A stretch of 64,000 nt of DNA from the human T2T-CHM13v2.0 reference genome, Homo sapiens, in NCBI RefSeq assembly GCF_009914755.1, contig NC_060939.1. One strand, given 5' to 3'. The notes beneath the pieces are model-generated. The model did no database searches, was not told the DNA's origin, and was given only the letters and a program-made list of their open reading frames with translations. Each line of letters starts with the position of its first letter. The first letter of the stretch is position 1. A program made the translations under genes and the position numbers. Positions 31,206 through 45,632 of this stretch are shown here, one piece after another.

Positions 31206-32942
31206 CCTTGACCTTACAAAAAATGATTTTATATCAGATTGCATTATTTGTTGAGTATCATTATTTGTTGAGGAATTACTGGGGCATATTCCTAAAGAGA
31301 AAAGGCAGTAAGTTGTTTAAACCAAATGACCACTGCATACTTTCTAGATTTTTACCTTTTGCCATACAAAAACAAAGCAGTTAAATGGTCCAGAAATAAA
31401 AGTCTGATTCTAAACATGCTCAGAACCCTCCAGGATGATAAAATATTTTCTGTATCATAAGTGGTTTTGTACAATATGGGCTGATGTGTAATACTGTTCC
31501 ACTGGTATTTCTCCTCCTACTCTCCGCCACCCCCTCATTTACGGTATGCCATTTAATGAAAGGACACCTTATAATCATTTCACACATCAACAATATCTAA
31601 AAGACTAGTCTAAAACTTCGCACGAAAAGTCAAATTCTCTACTCTACAAGTAAGGAAACAAACTGTATACCAATAGAGTCATTTTCATTTATTATTTAAC
31701 TTATCACACTTTATCTACTAAGGCTTCAACTACCATCAAAAAATAAACTAATTGTAAACTGATTTTGAGAGCCATAGTTTTCATTTTAATAGTAAAATCA
31801 CCTACTGCAATTTCTCCTACTGCTTGCTACCTGCACTCTGAATCCACACAGTCTAGTTGCTAAGTTGACCATATTTTACATGTATAGAACTGGAATTGAA
31901 TCTTAGCTCCCCAGCTTTTGGGAACTGAACAACTTTGGGAAACCACAGCTTTACTGAACTTTAACTTCACATACACACATACTGGAATGTAATGTGGACA
32001 TGTTTTTTTTAAGTCCCTTTGGGTCTGGAGAAAGTATGAACATTTATGCTTCTCCTCCTCTTTAGATTGATGACAACCTCCCTCTTTTAATAAACATAAA
32101 AATCAATCCTTCTTTTAATGTTGGTTGAAAAAATGTAAATATATTAAGTATCATAGCTAAAAACAATCAGTTCCCTCACCCCAGTCATCAGTTGAAATCA
32201 CTGCCCTCATCTGACCATCTACTGAATCACTCTGTGATGACAACTCTAGGCCCTTGTGGTACATCTTGCTGGCCCAATCTTCCATTCTTTGAAGAAAATA
32301 AAGACATGGAAATATACAATCCAATCAAAGGCAGAATCCTCTTACCACAACAAAATAAGTAACTTTGCTTAAGTAAAAATTACTTATTCCCAGAGTAAAC
32401 CAAAGAGTGCACTCAAAATACTTAAAGAAGCTACAGAAAAACACACATTTGAAGACTCAAGCTTTTATCCCCATTCTGTTGCTAGACAATGGTGTCAAAG
32501 CAGCACAATAGCCTCTACCTTTGAAATAACAATGTTCTCTTTAGTAAATTACTTCAAGATACTTTTGCAAGTATAGGAGTCTGACAGACCTAGAAACAAA
32601 TTCCCAATCTTGCAGAAGAATGCATGTTTTCCAAAGAAGCAATGTCATGAATATGGCTGGCTTTCCTGTGTAACTCTCCAAGGCCTAGTTTACCCATTAT
32701 ATAATTGTGCTTTCTGGTTTTGCAGTTTCAGAAACCTGAGGACCGGAGGGTTATTTCTATGGGTAAATGCATGTGAATTTCAAACACAAAAGGTTAAATT
32801 TTCTACTCCATAACTAAATTTTCTACTCCATCTACTGCAACCTTAAAATAAGGCTTGATTCCTAAGTTTTCAAAAACTAAAAGAGAAAAAACATTAAGTC
32901 AAGTTAAGAAGCATTATATAAATCTTGCATAAAAATAAGTAA

Positions 32943-33251
<309 letters not shown>

Positions 33252-34077
33252 AATAACACAGAATTTTACATCTAGAAGAGATGTTAGAAATGATCTCAAA
33301 TAACCCTTTATTTTTAATGTTAATCCTGTACGGTAAGAATCACCAATACATAGCATCTCTGAGTTCACTCAATTGAGAAAATAAAAATCCAGACACTGTT
33401 AGACTACCTATCAGGTATGCATAATGCTCTTTTTTAATATGTATTTAATTTAATACACATATTAAATAATGCTCCATTTATTGGTTTCGATGGCAACAAT
33501 TTTTTTCCCCTCCATTCAGAATTAAGACTTTAATCATCCGAAGTGGCAATGTGAGCATATTTTAAAACCGTTTAGGGGTTAATCGTCTCTCTCATTGCTT
33601 ACACCAGTGCCACCACCTTAAATTAAAATAGTTCTGACTGCTAAGGAATCTCAACACATTACATTCACACATTCCTATGCATATAAATCCTGAATTTGAA
33701 CATATGCTCCAGCACCTGGGCAAGTCATTTAGTATTTCCAAAGCACAGTTTCTTCATCTGCAAAATGGACACAACCTACCTTCACAGGGATACAAAGACC
33801 AAACTAAATGTGAAAACATGTTTGGGAAGAGTACAGATATACATATAAATGCTTGCTATGATTATAAGAGCTCTAAATTTCTACATTTCACTAAAAGGAA
33901 GAATTTTGTTCAGATGTAGAAACTGAATGAACTACAGTTGCTGAGTTGGCATTACACACTTTAAAACCAAACAAGTTTCCAGGGACTTTTCTATCTAAAG
34001 TTCCTTCTAGGGAAGTAGAGTAAGATGTTAAAACTTACATATCTTCATTTTAATATTTTCACAGGTGGACCATACAC

Positions 34078-35527
<1,450 letters not shown>

Positions 35528-37056
35528 TAAAAGCACTAAGATAGATCAGATGTCCAAAGAAAGAGAAATTGGAGAACCCTAAAGGTTTCTCTCGCTGATA
35601 CATGAAGTAGAACCAAACTTTCCCAAAAAGGTAGATCCAATTCAATCCAAAACTATTCCACGGCCTAATATCACCGAACACTTGACAAAATATTATGCGG
35701 GCTCCATCTCTTACCTCAAAATTAGAGTCAACCTGTGATTAATTTAATCCCAGCTTTAATTATAGTCAAAGAATGAATGCTCAGCAAATACTTCATTTTA
35801 ACGCTATCCACTGCTACCCTATTCACAACCTTGGAAGAAATTATAAGCCCTCTTTTATGGTTCACTTTTCCTTATTCAAGTAATCTGCTCACTAGCTGTT
35901 CTTCTTTTATTTTTTACTACACGACAGTAACGAGTTGCAATGGAAAGGTCATCTGATCTTAACCCGAACTGGAATTATCTAAGAGCATTTTATATACAGA
36001 GATAAAATGGATTATTTTACAGAATTAATTTTACCCCCAATAATGCTAATACACTTTACAGAAGTACAATGTTACTATTTGCTAACTACAGGTAATCAGC
36101 TACTTCAAGGCAGGGACCATGTTTGCCGATTGGGATCATTAAAGCACACAACAGAGCACCATAGCATTTAGAATAATTAATATTCCTGAGATTGTCTTGA
36201 AAAGACTTCCATGTATCGCTAATAGGATTCCTAATGCATGTAAGTCTTTTGGAAAGTTAGTTACATCTTTAAGAATCTTGAGCAAATTCTGGTTTATTCA
36301 CTAGATGGATATATGTGAGAAACTAATTTTTGATAAATCTGAGGATAAGAACTGTGTATTTAAAAAATTTTTAAAAACAGAAAAAATTGTGTATTAAATG
36401 TAATTACAATTATTTCTTTTTAAGAAACTGCAATGGAAAAAAAGACTGGAAAGAAATGTTAGCAGTATTTGTAGTTGGGTAATGAGACTATGGCTATTTT
36501 CTTTTCTCTGTATGCTAAATTTTACTTAGTATGCACTAGTTTTACAATGAAACAATTAAAGAAAAAAGAGGAAGGAAGGAAGAAAAGAAGGAAGAAAGGA
36601 GGGAAGGGAGAAAATAGGAAGGAGCACTGCTTAAAGGTAAGAAAATGGCCTAATTAGACCAGTTAGTAACCACTTAGTTAAATGCTATAATTAAGCTTTT
36701 ACCCTAGCAAGGAACTTTCTAAGTGATCACAAATGATAACTAAGTCATATAATATCTGCACTGAAGGGACATCTTACCTAATTCTGTCATTTGACAGGTG
36801 TAGCAAAGAAATTATAATTATACAATGCTTTACAGTTTACAAAGTGTGTTCAAAATGTCACATCATCTGTCCTTCAAATACTCCTGAAATAGGCTCATAT
36901 GCCCCATTTTAAGGATCAGGAAATTGAGGGTTACAGAGATAGTAATGTGCCTTAATAATAATGTCTATGATTTATCAAATGTTTACTATGTGCCAGACTC
37001 GGGGATAAGCACAATCTTGCGAAAATTATCCCTATTTTATAGATAGAAGGTGAAGG

Positions 37057-37690
37057 GGCCGGGCGCGGTGGTGACTCACACCTGTAATCCCAGCACTTTG
37101 GGTGGCAAAGGCAGGCAGATCACTTGAGCCCGGGAGTTCCAGACCAGCCTGGGCAACATGGCCAAACCCCGTATGACGGGGGGGGGGGGGGCAATTAGCC
37201 GGGCGTGGTGGCACACACCTGTAGTCCCAGATACTTGGGAGGCTGAGGTAGGGGGATGGCTTGAGCCCAGGAGGCAGAGGTTGCAGTGAGCCGAGATAAC
37301 GCCACTGCACTACAGCCTGGGCAGCAGAGTGAGACCCTATCTCAAAACAAAAATAAAAAAAAGGAGAGAAAAGAGAAAGTGAAGGGTAGCCAGGCACAGT
37401 GGCTCACGCCTGTAATCTCAGCACTTAGGGCGGCCAAGACAGGAGGATCACTTGAAACCACGAGTTGGAGACCAGCCTGAGCAACATAGCAAGACTCTGG
37501 CTCTACAAAAAATAAAAAAATTAGCCAGGGTTCGTGGTGTGAGCCTGCAGTCCCAGTTGCTCGGGAGACTGAGGCAGGAGGATCGCTTGAGCCCAGGAGT
37601 TCGAGGCTGAAGTGAGCTATGATCGCATCACTGCACTCCAGCCCGGGCGACAGAGCAAGTTCCCGTCTCTTTAAAAAAAAAAAAAGAAAA
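37057..37690 (+). mobile_element. Two consecutive AluJ-like elements (37057-37362, 37388-37690)
   Basis: Alu consensus match; the first has a G14 run replacing the central A-rich linker. Confidence 0.9.
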
Positions 37691-38474
37691 GAAGGAAGGA
37701 ATGTAGGTAGGTTAGGTGACTTGCTCGAGATCATACAGCTAAGTCACTGCTCTGATTCTAAGCCATACACTTAAAACAGAAGTCTTGAGTTACCTATAAT
37801 TCAACTTCACAGAGCCCTTTAGTAGAGTTGGCTTATTATCCAGTCCCATGTTCTCTCTTTTAAGAGTTAGTAAGTCTGACAGCCATTATGAGGGTCTACA
37901 AGCAAAAGCACTAGCCCAATCATACCCAAAAACTCATGTTGGCGGAGAGCCCATGCCTCAGATGAAAGGCGTGAATAACTAGAGTGGAGCGGACAAAGCT
38001 AACAAGTCTTATAATGTACACTTTAAGAAGCAGAATAAACTTCAGAGTAAATACGCAGAATAAACTTCAGAATTCAGAGTAAACACTCTCTCCCGGAGCA
38101 GCAAGGATAACAACATCACGATATCAACAATTCCAGCACCTTACACTCCTGTAACCTAGCGCAATTTCCGGAGAGCCTTCAGGTTCATCTCAACGGATCC
38201 TCGCAAAAACCTGTGGCCTGGGCTGAGCAGAGCGGGAAATCAGTCTCACTTTACACAGGAAGCCGAAAGGAACGCCGAAGAAGGCCGAGTGGGCAGAAAA
38301 GCACGAGATTAAGAGATAGGGGCAGCCACCTGGGGAGACTGGGCGCCTCCACTGACTGGAGGAAGAACGCAGGGCCCGCTGCGGGGACAAGGCCCAGAGA
38401 GGCCGTGGTGCTGGGTCCGTCGCCCGCTGAGGCTCAGGGGCCTTGGAGGTCGGCCCAGGCGCCTATCTACTCAC

Positions 38475-38547
38475 GTTGGACCAGCTGGTCTCCTGAGAAG
38501 ACGGAGGAGCAGCTGGTGACTAACGCACAGGGTACGCCAGCAGCCAT
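38475..38547 (-). CDS. AAGAB: AAGAB coding exon 1 (73 nt; [24 protein letters not shown] + 1 nt)
   Basis: Minus-strand ATG at 38547-38545 in CpG island; translation matches the recalled AAGAB N-terminus; donor CAAC|GTGAGT at 38474; phase 1 joins exon 2 (C+AT=His). Confidence 0.97.
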
Positions 38548-38812
38548 AGCTGCGCTCGCGAGCCGGTTCCGTCAGGCAGCCGCTTCCGCCTTGGGCTGCA
38601 CCACGGCCGCCGGCGCGAGGGGGAGACAGGCCGGAGAGGGCGTTCTCGGAATGACCAGGCTGGCCTGACCCCGCCCCTAGACCCCCTTCCGCTCCCAGCG
38701 TGGAACAGGCCAGGTCGCGCGCGGTGTTGCCATGGGGACGAGCGGCTCCGGCTGAAGGTTTCCGTGCTTGGAAACCGCGCCTCCGCGGAGGTAGCCGTTC
38801 CCTGACCTAGCC

Positions 38813-38863
38813 ATGGCACAGAACACTGAAAACCACGACCCTGTCGGATCCATCTTAATCCAG
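38813..38863 (+). CDS. IQCH: IQCH coding exon 1 (51 nt; MAQNTENHDPVGSILIQ)
   Basis: gccATGg strong Kozak at 38813; donor CAG|GTGGGA; matches recalled IQCH N-terminus. Confidence 0.95.
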
Positions 38864-39844
38864 GTGGGAAACGGGCTTCCCCCGGCCCTGCCCTGCCCAG
38901 CCGCGCCACTTCCGAGCGAGGTCCCGCGCGCCGATTCACCGACGCTCACCCATTTGGTGCGCCGCCCCTAGACTCCCTCCAACTCGCGAGAGGCTCCCAA
39001 AAATGCCCACCCAGACCTTCCCCCACGGCCCAGCACACTCCCGGTGACTTACCCTGTAGGTTACGCCCCAGAAGCAGGACTTTCTGCCTCTGGGAAAACT
39101 CTAAAACCGTTCACCCGGAACCTTTACTTCAGAAAAATTAACCTCACGCTGAGGCATCATTTTTAAATGTTATATTCTGAAAAATTTGAACCCATGACGT
39201 CGGGAGTGGAGGAGAGACAAATCGGACACTCTAGGAGGTGATAAGAAATTTGGAGACAAATTGAAATATGTGAATTGCTTTTCTTAAACACCCCAGTTTT
39301 TTAGATCTAAATGTTCCTCATTGGAGAACACACAGAAAAATCAAGATAACTTGGAATGAAAAAATGTGACATTTAAAAACTTAGTGAAAGACCTTTTTAA
39401 TTTGAGAGGGGAAATGTCAAGAAAGTCTTGTCCAATACAGCTCAATTTGTAATAGTTGCACTCAGATGTTTCTGAAATGATCATGGCATTTTGTTTTCAC
39501 ATTTATGTGAGGTAACTTTAAGATATTTCCACATATATCATCGGTTTTAACTATCACATATATAATAGCTGCATTTGACTAAGTCTTGAAGTCATTTGTC
39601 TAAGGTCACTCTGTCAGGACTGTCACTCAGTTGGTCTGAAGTGGGTCTTACTCGTCAAAGGGATCTAATTTTTCTGGCAGAATTTTGATCTCTTACCTCC
39701 CATCTAGGAGAGACTTCCCTAAATGTACCTTTTCCCAAATACAAGCCCCTGAACTCACCAATTTCATAGACTTCCCCATTAAGAATCATACCTAATCTTA
39801 CCTGATCTTTTCTCACCCTCACTTTCACCATCACGCAGCAATGA

Positions 39845-40548
39845 GTTTAGCCAAACTGCGAAGTCTGAGGGAACGGTCCACAAAAAACTGCCCTAACTTC
39901 AACACTCACTACCTGCAAGTTCAGGGGTCCCCAGAACCACCTCACTTCAGACCAGCTGGGTACAAACTTAGGGGCCCCATCACCACCCTCACATTCAATG
40001 ATTCACTAGAACTATTCGCAGAGCTCAGGGAAGTGCTGTGCTCACATCTCCAATTTTATTATAGTGAAGGCATACAAATTAATCAGCCAAGGAAAGAGAT
40101 GAATAGGACAGAGTCCAGGAGGGGTACAAACATAGAGCTTTTGGTCATCTTATCCCTGTGGAGTCATTGACGTCATTACCTGCATTACTTCCTCCCAGCC
40201 ATGATATGTGACAATATGCATAGAATATTGCAACTAGAGAAGCTTATCTGAGGCTTTGATGTCCAGAGTTTTTACTGGGGCTCAATCTCACACTGCCCTT
40301 GTGGTTGACCATTAATCTCCAGCCCCTCCTGAATACTTTTAGTTTCCCGCTGCTCCAGAGGTCTGAGCTGATACAGCGTGGATCAAAACACCCATTATAA
40401 ATCATGTTGATAGACTGTCTGGTGGCCAAAGCCCACAGACAAAGACACTTCTATCAGGCAGGACATCCCAGGCGCCTAGAGATCACCTCCCAGTAGCCAG
40501 GAGCGAAGACTGGACCCCTCTTTGGGTAAGGTTAATTCTTTGCTGCAC
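39845..40548 (-). mobile_element. MER21-like ERV LTR in IQCH intron 1
   Basis: Reverse complement starts TGTGCAGCAAAGAATTAACCTTACCCAAAGAG; internal motifs match recalled MER21/MER77 family. Confidence 0.7.
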
Positions 40549-41863
40549 ATACCCACTCTTTTTATAGATTCCAAATAATTAGAACAATAATGGAGACTCT
40601 TACCTAGGATACAACATTATAGTAATAGATAACTGTTGACACTGACTTGTGAGATGGGTCAGAAGAGCTAATAGTCATATCCATGTTGATCTGCACCCCT
40701 ACTTATTTAAAAGGATTCCTGTGGACATATCAAGTAAAGGGCTGTGTAGAGGAAGAGAGCCTACCTGTTAACCAGATTATTAAGACTGATTCCTGTATAG
40801 TATAAAATTCTATTCTCTACATGTAGAATATGTATAGTGAGGAAATTTGGAAGACTTTCCCTACTTTCTCAGTGAATCCTGAGAATGTGTGAGTATGTAG
40901 CACCACCCAACTGTGCCAACGTGGATTCCACTTCTATTTGGGGCTATGATTTATTTCCCTCAGACAGGCTACCAATAATTAGTGTGTCTAGTGGAAAGCA
41001 CTTGATAGGGAGTCAGAATACTGAGATCTGACCATGACTTTGACAGTCTCACAAGTAGTGACTTTGAGTTAGGCACTCATCTCTCTGGACCTCACTTTCC
41101 TCTTCCATAGGACATATAGTTTGGATTAGGTTCACTTCTGACTTTAAATTGTCCCAATTTCCCCAGGCTACATCATTTACTGTAAAAGTAGACTTCCTTT
41201 GTTGTTAGCCTAGGCAATCAAATTGTTTCTGGCAAGTCAGTGACTGAGTGAGTGTGTGTGTGCAATAGACTGTAAAGCAGAGGTACTTTAAATTTCTACT
41301 TGCTTCACCCTAATATGGTCAGTTACGTCTGTGTATCAGTCAGATATATTAAACAGCTTTTTAGACCAGTGGTTCTCCAAGGTGTTGTAAGTATTATTTT
41401 TTAGCTCCAGTTTACAGAAGACACTTAAGTACAAAGAAGTAAAGCATCTTGCCCATTGTAATACATCCAGTATGTATTGATCCTTAAATAGGCTATGGCA
41501 TGTTCATGAAGTAATCTTGAAGAAGTGTGATAGTGACTCTGGGAAGTTTCCAATCATGCTTTGTAAATCTTAGAAGCTTTGTTTTTATGCTTCATTAAAA
41601 TGTGGTATATTCTTAATATATCTTTATAAATACTTGCTTGACCCAAATATTAAATGTTTGTGTAACAAATATTACCTGATCTTATGATTCAAAATTAGCT
41701 TTTTAATTAAAATCCAACAATTGTGTGTTAACACAAAAATCCAACAATTGTATGTTAACAATGATCTTGGAAATATGGGAGCTCAATTGACAGTTTGCTA
41801 TTTTCATTCTTTCTGATTGTGTCTGATTTGTCAGGTGCATACAATATAAAAATGAATGAAGTT

Positions 41864-42510
<647 letters not shown>

Positions 42511-44731
42511 CTAGCAGAGATGAAGAAAATGGAATTTTATATTGCTTTTGACAATATAGAGTCTGGTTTCATGGCTCTTGTAAAGTCTAGAGCAAATCTT
42601 TGCTGCATTAAATCTTTCAAGGGCTTCTTATTAAGTAGCTCTGTCTCCAAATTGTCAAAATAATAATCTTTCTCCAAGTAGAAAATTTATGGAAAACAAG
42701 GTGTTTGATGATCACAGAGATGATGGATGATATGTAAAATTTCAATATGGTAGATTGGATCTATCTGAAGAAAGAGATTTAGAACTCAAATCTCTTTTTC
42801 TACCCAAGTCTGGTTAACTTTTTCTATAGTATTTGTCTCTATTGCAATTATACAAACAGATGAGTGGTTGTTAAGAGGGGAGGAGAAAATATCTAGCAAG
42901 AAAAGGAAAAACTCTTGAGAAAGATTAGGGAGCAAGTTATTCAATTAACATTTACGTAAATTCAATTAACATTTACAGGGTATTACTTATAGTGTAAGGA
43001 GTTTCACTAGGTTTTATAATTCAGAAGAGAATTAACATTTGTTCAGTGCCCTCCTATGTGCTTAACACTATACAAAGTACTTATATTTTTACTCATTTTA
43101 TTCTTGCCACTGTTCTGAGATAGCTATTATTATTCCCATTTTACAGATGAGAACACTAAGCCTCTAAGAGGCTACATAACTTTCCCAAGTTCAGTTTAGT
43201 AAAGAAGGAAGAAGGATTCCAGTTCATATCTGTCAGCACCAAAGCCTATATTGATTCATTTTCATACATATTACCTCATTTTCATTCAACAGTTTTAAGT
43301 AGGGTAATTCTTTTTTATCCTGGACAAAGAAATTAGAAATTCAGAAAATTTAGATGTATATGGAAATTGTGTGACTAATAAGTGATAGAGCTAGACATTA
43401 TATTCAGCTGCCTTTTATTGAGTTCTTGCTATGTACCAAGCCTATTACATACTATCTCACAACACTATGATGAAATATCATTGTCCACACAAGGCAGGTG
43501 AAAAGAAAACAAACCTTTGGTACAGTTTTTACTCCCTCCAGTAGTTGATAGACATAATTACAGAAAGATACATGGAGCTACAGATACTAGAAGAGGGAAA
43601 GTCAGTACATTCAAAGGAGGAACCAAAAAATGCAGGCCTAGAGAGGGCCTTGCCCTTGAACTGCCTCTCTGTACTTTCCAAATGTCTTCAGACAATAGAT
43701 GGCAAATCAGCTTGCAGCAGTAATTTGGACAAAACAATAGAAAGAAGTATATCTTTATCTTTAGTGCTTACAAGCAAGCAGTAGGTGTATTCAGATTTCA
43801 ATCTGTGAGCTCTGAAGGCCTTACATGACAATTTGTGAAGAGTACAAATGACCAGATGTGTCTGCCAGACTGTGATGCCCATCAGTGAAAAGGTGTAAAT
43901 TCTGATCTTTTGAATAATTGGCTCCATGTGAACATTTGAGATTAATCAGTAACGCAGGCTGGATCAGTGTTCAGTCCAGTTATACTAACAGAGAAAAAGT
44001 AACTTCTTCAAAATGCCTTTAGCAACCCAATTTGCAGATTGTTATTGGTGTGACTATTGCTGAAACAGGTGTTGGGTTCATAAATTTGCATAACAAAATG
44101 TTTTTCTTGTGGCAGCAGCCCATACAATAATTGGTGCCATCTGTATTTATCTGAAGTTTGGTTTCTAATATGAATGCAGAGAATCTTGTGCTTTCAAATT
44201 TCATAGGGCCCATTTTATTCTGAGGGTGCCTGATGTTGGAGAGAAATCCATCATTTCCAAGGAAAATACAAATTGAAGGAAAAATGTTAAAGTAATAATA
44301 TATGTTCCTTTTTCTTCAGGGATTATTTTCATTTCTCACTACATAAAACAAAATCAAGGTCAAACACCTACCAAACTCCTTCTTCAGAGCAGTAAGTGGG
44401 GAAGACCCAGCCTGGAATGGAAAACCAACAGGCACTGACAACACATTTACAATAGTCTTTTCAAAGACATTGCTTCTGCTACAACTTCTTTGCTGGAAGT
44501 TTTTTGTTTTCTTTCCTCTTAACCAATCTGTAGAAATTGGAGTCTGGCACAAACCTCTTATCATCTCTGACTGAACTCTTACCACTTAAGAAAGTAGAAA
44601 CTATTTGAGTTGCAGTGTTATCTTAAATCTATTTCTCATGGGAGAAGGAAAAACAAATAATATGAAAGAATAATTTTTCACAATCTGAGAGACAATAATA
44701 GAGCATTCTCAATAAAGAATGCCTTAGAACC

Positions 44732-45027
44732 AGGCCAGGCATGGTGGCTCATGCCTGTAATCCCAGCACTTTGGGAGGCCGAGGTGGGAAGATCATGAGG
44801 ACAGTAGTTTGAGACCAGCCTGACCAACATGGTGAAAGCCCGTCTCTACTAAAAATACAAAAATTAGCCGGGTGTGGTGGCAGGCACCTGTAATCCCAGC
44901 TACTCAGGAGGCTGAGGCAGGAGAATCGCTTGAACCTGGGAGGCGGAGGTTGCAGTGAGCCTAGATCACACCATTGCATTCCAGTCTGAGCAAGAGTGAA
45001 ATTCCATCTCAAAAAAAAAAAAAAAAA
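44732..45027 (+). mobile_element. Alu (AluS-like)
   Basis: TSD aaagaatgcctta... Confidence 0.93.
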
Positions 45028-45189
45028 GAATGCCTTACAACCGTAAAAGTGGTCCTTTTCAATGAATACCATAAAATCAGCTTTGTGTCTCTACCAATTC
45101 AAGTACATTGCAAACCTTTAAGATAAATAACTGCTATAGGTGGACTATGTGTGGATTATTTCAATATTTTTCATTTTTTATACCTATAG

Positions 45190-45312
45190 ATCCATGAAGA
45201 CCTTTATCAGTTAAAGGAGAAATTAACAAAATTCTCACCTGAGGAAAAAGGAGAGACTCTAGACATTCAGAGTCTTGAAACAGCAATCAAAAGGACTGAA
45301 GTGGGGTTAAGA
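45190..45312 (+). CDS. IQCH: IQCH coding exon 2 (123 nt; [41 protein letters not shown])
   Basis: Acceptor cctatAG|ATC, donor AGA|GTAAGT; open frame, phase 0-0. Confidence 0.95.
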
Positions 45313-45600
45313 GTAAGTAGAGCTTTAGATATTAAAATACTGGAAGGAGACAAAGCATCCTCTAGAAGAAAGGAATTGCAGTTCTCATAGAGTCCTGCAT
45401 AATTCTGTAACAAAGCTGAATTTAGGGCAGTCGTCAGCATTCTTGTTTTGTTATTTGTTCTCATAATTATTAACTGATTGATTTATATTCTGTCATATTT
45501 CACAAAGAATTTAAGTAGGTTAAATATAAGATTATGCAGTGACAACTCCTAAAATGTGGTTTTATAAAAATAACTTGGAGTATGAAAAATAATTACTATT

Positions 45601-45632
45601 ACTTGATCTTAGCCAAAAGGCCAAGAAGCGAT
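45601..45632 (-). pseudogene. 3'-truncated (tailless) U2 snRNA retrocopy, U2 nt 1-32
   Basis: Reverse complement ATCGCTTCTTGGCCTTTTGGCTAAGATCAAGT equals the U2 5' end with one mismatch; direct repeat gaaaaataattact at 45584-45597 and 45633-45646. Confidence 0.92.

Larger units (their letters stand above)
38190..39130. promoter_or_regulatory. CpG island / bidirectional promoter shared by AAGAB and IQCH
   Basis: Abrupt rise in GC and CpG; divergent ATGs 265 nt apart; GC box CCCCGCCCC 38669-38677, several ETS/GABPA-like CTTCCG cores, GAS-like TTCTCGGAA 38643-38651, X-box-like GTTGCCATGGGGAC 38726-38739, CTCGCGAG cores at 38555 and 38983. Confidence 0.9.

Noticed and set aside
38213-38949. Long overlapping ORFs (151, 139, 90 aa) at the promoter
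   Set aside because: Expected stop-poor frames in a GC-rich CpG island; the real coding frames are the short AAGAB and IQCH first exons.
45601-45632. Functional U2 snRNA gene
   Set aside because: Only 32 nt of U2; no Sm site or remaining body, and flanked by TSDs.
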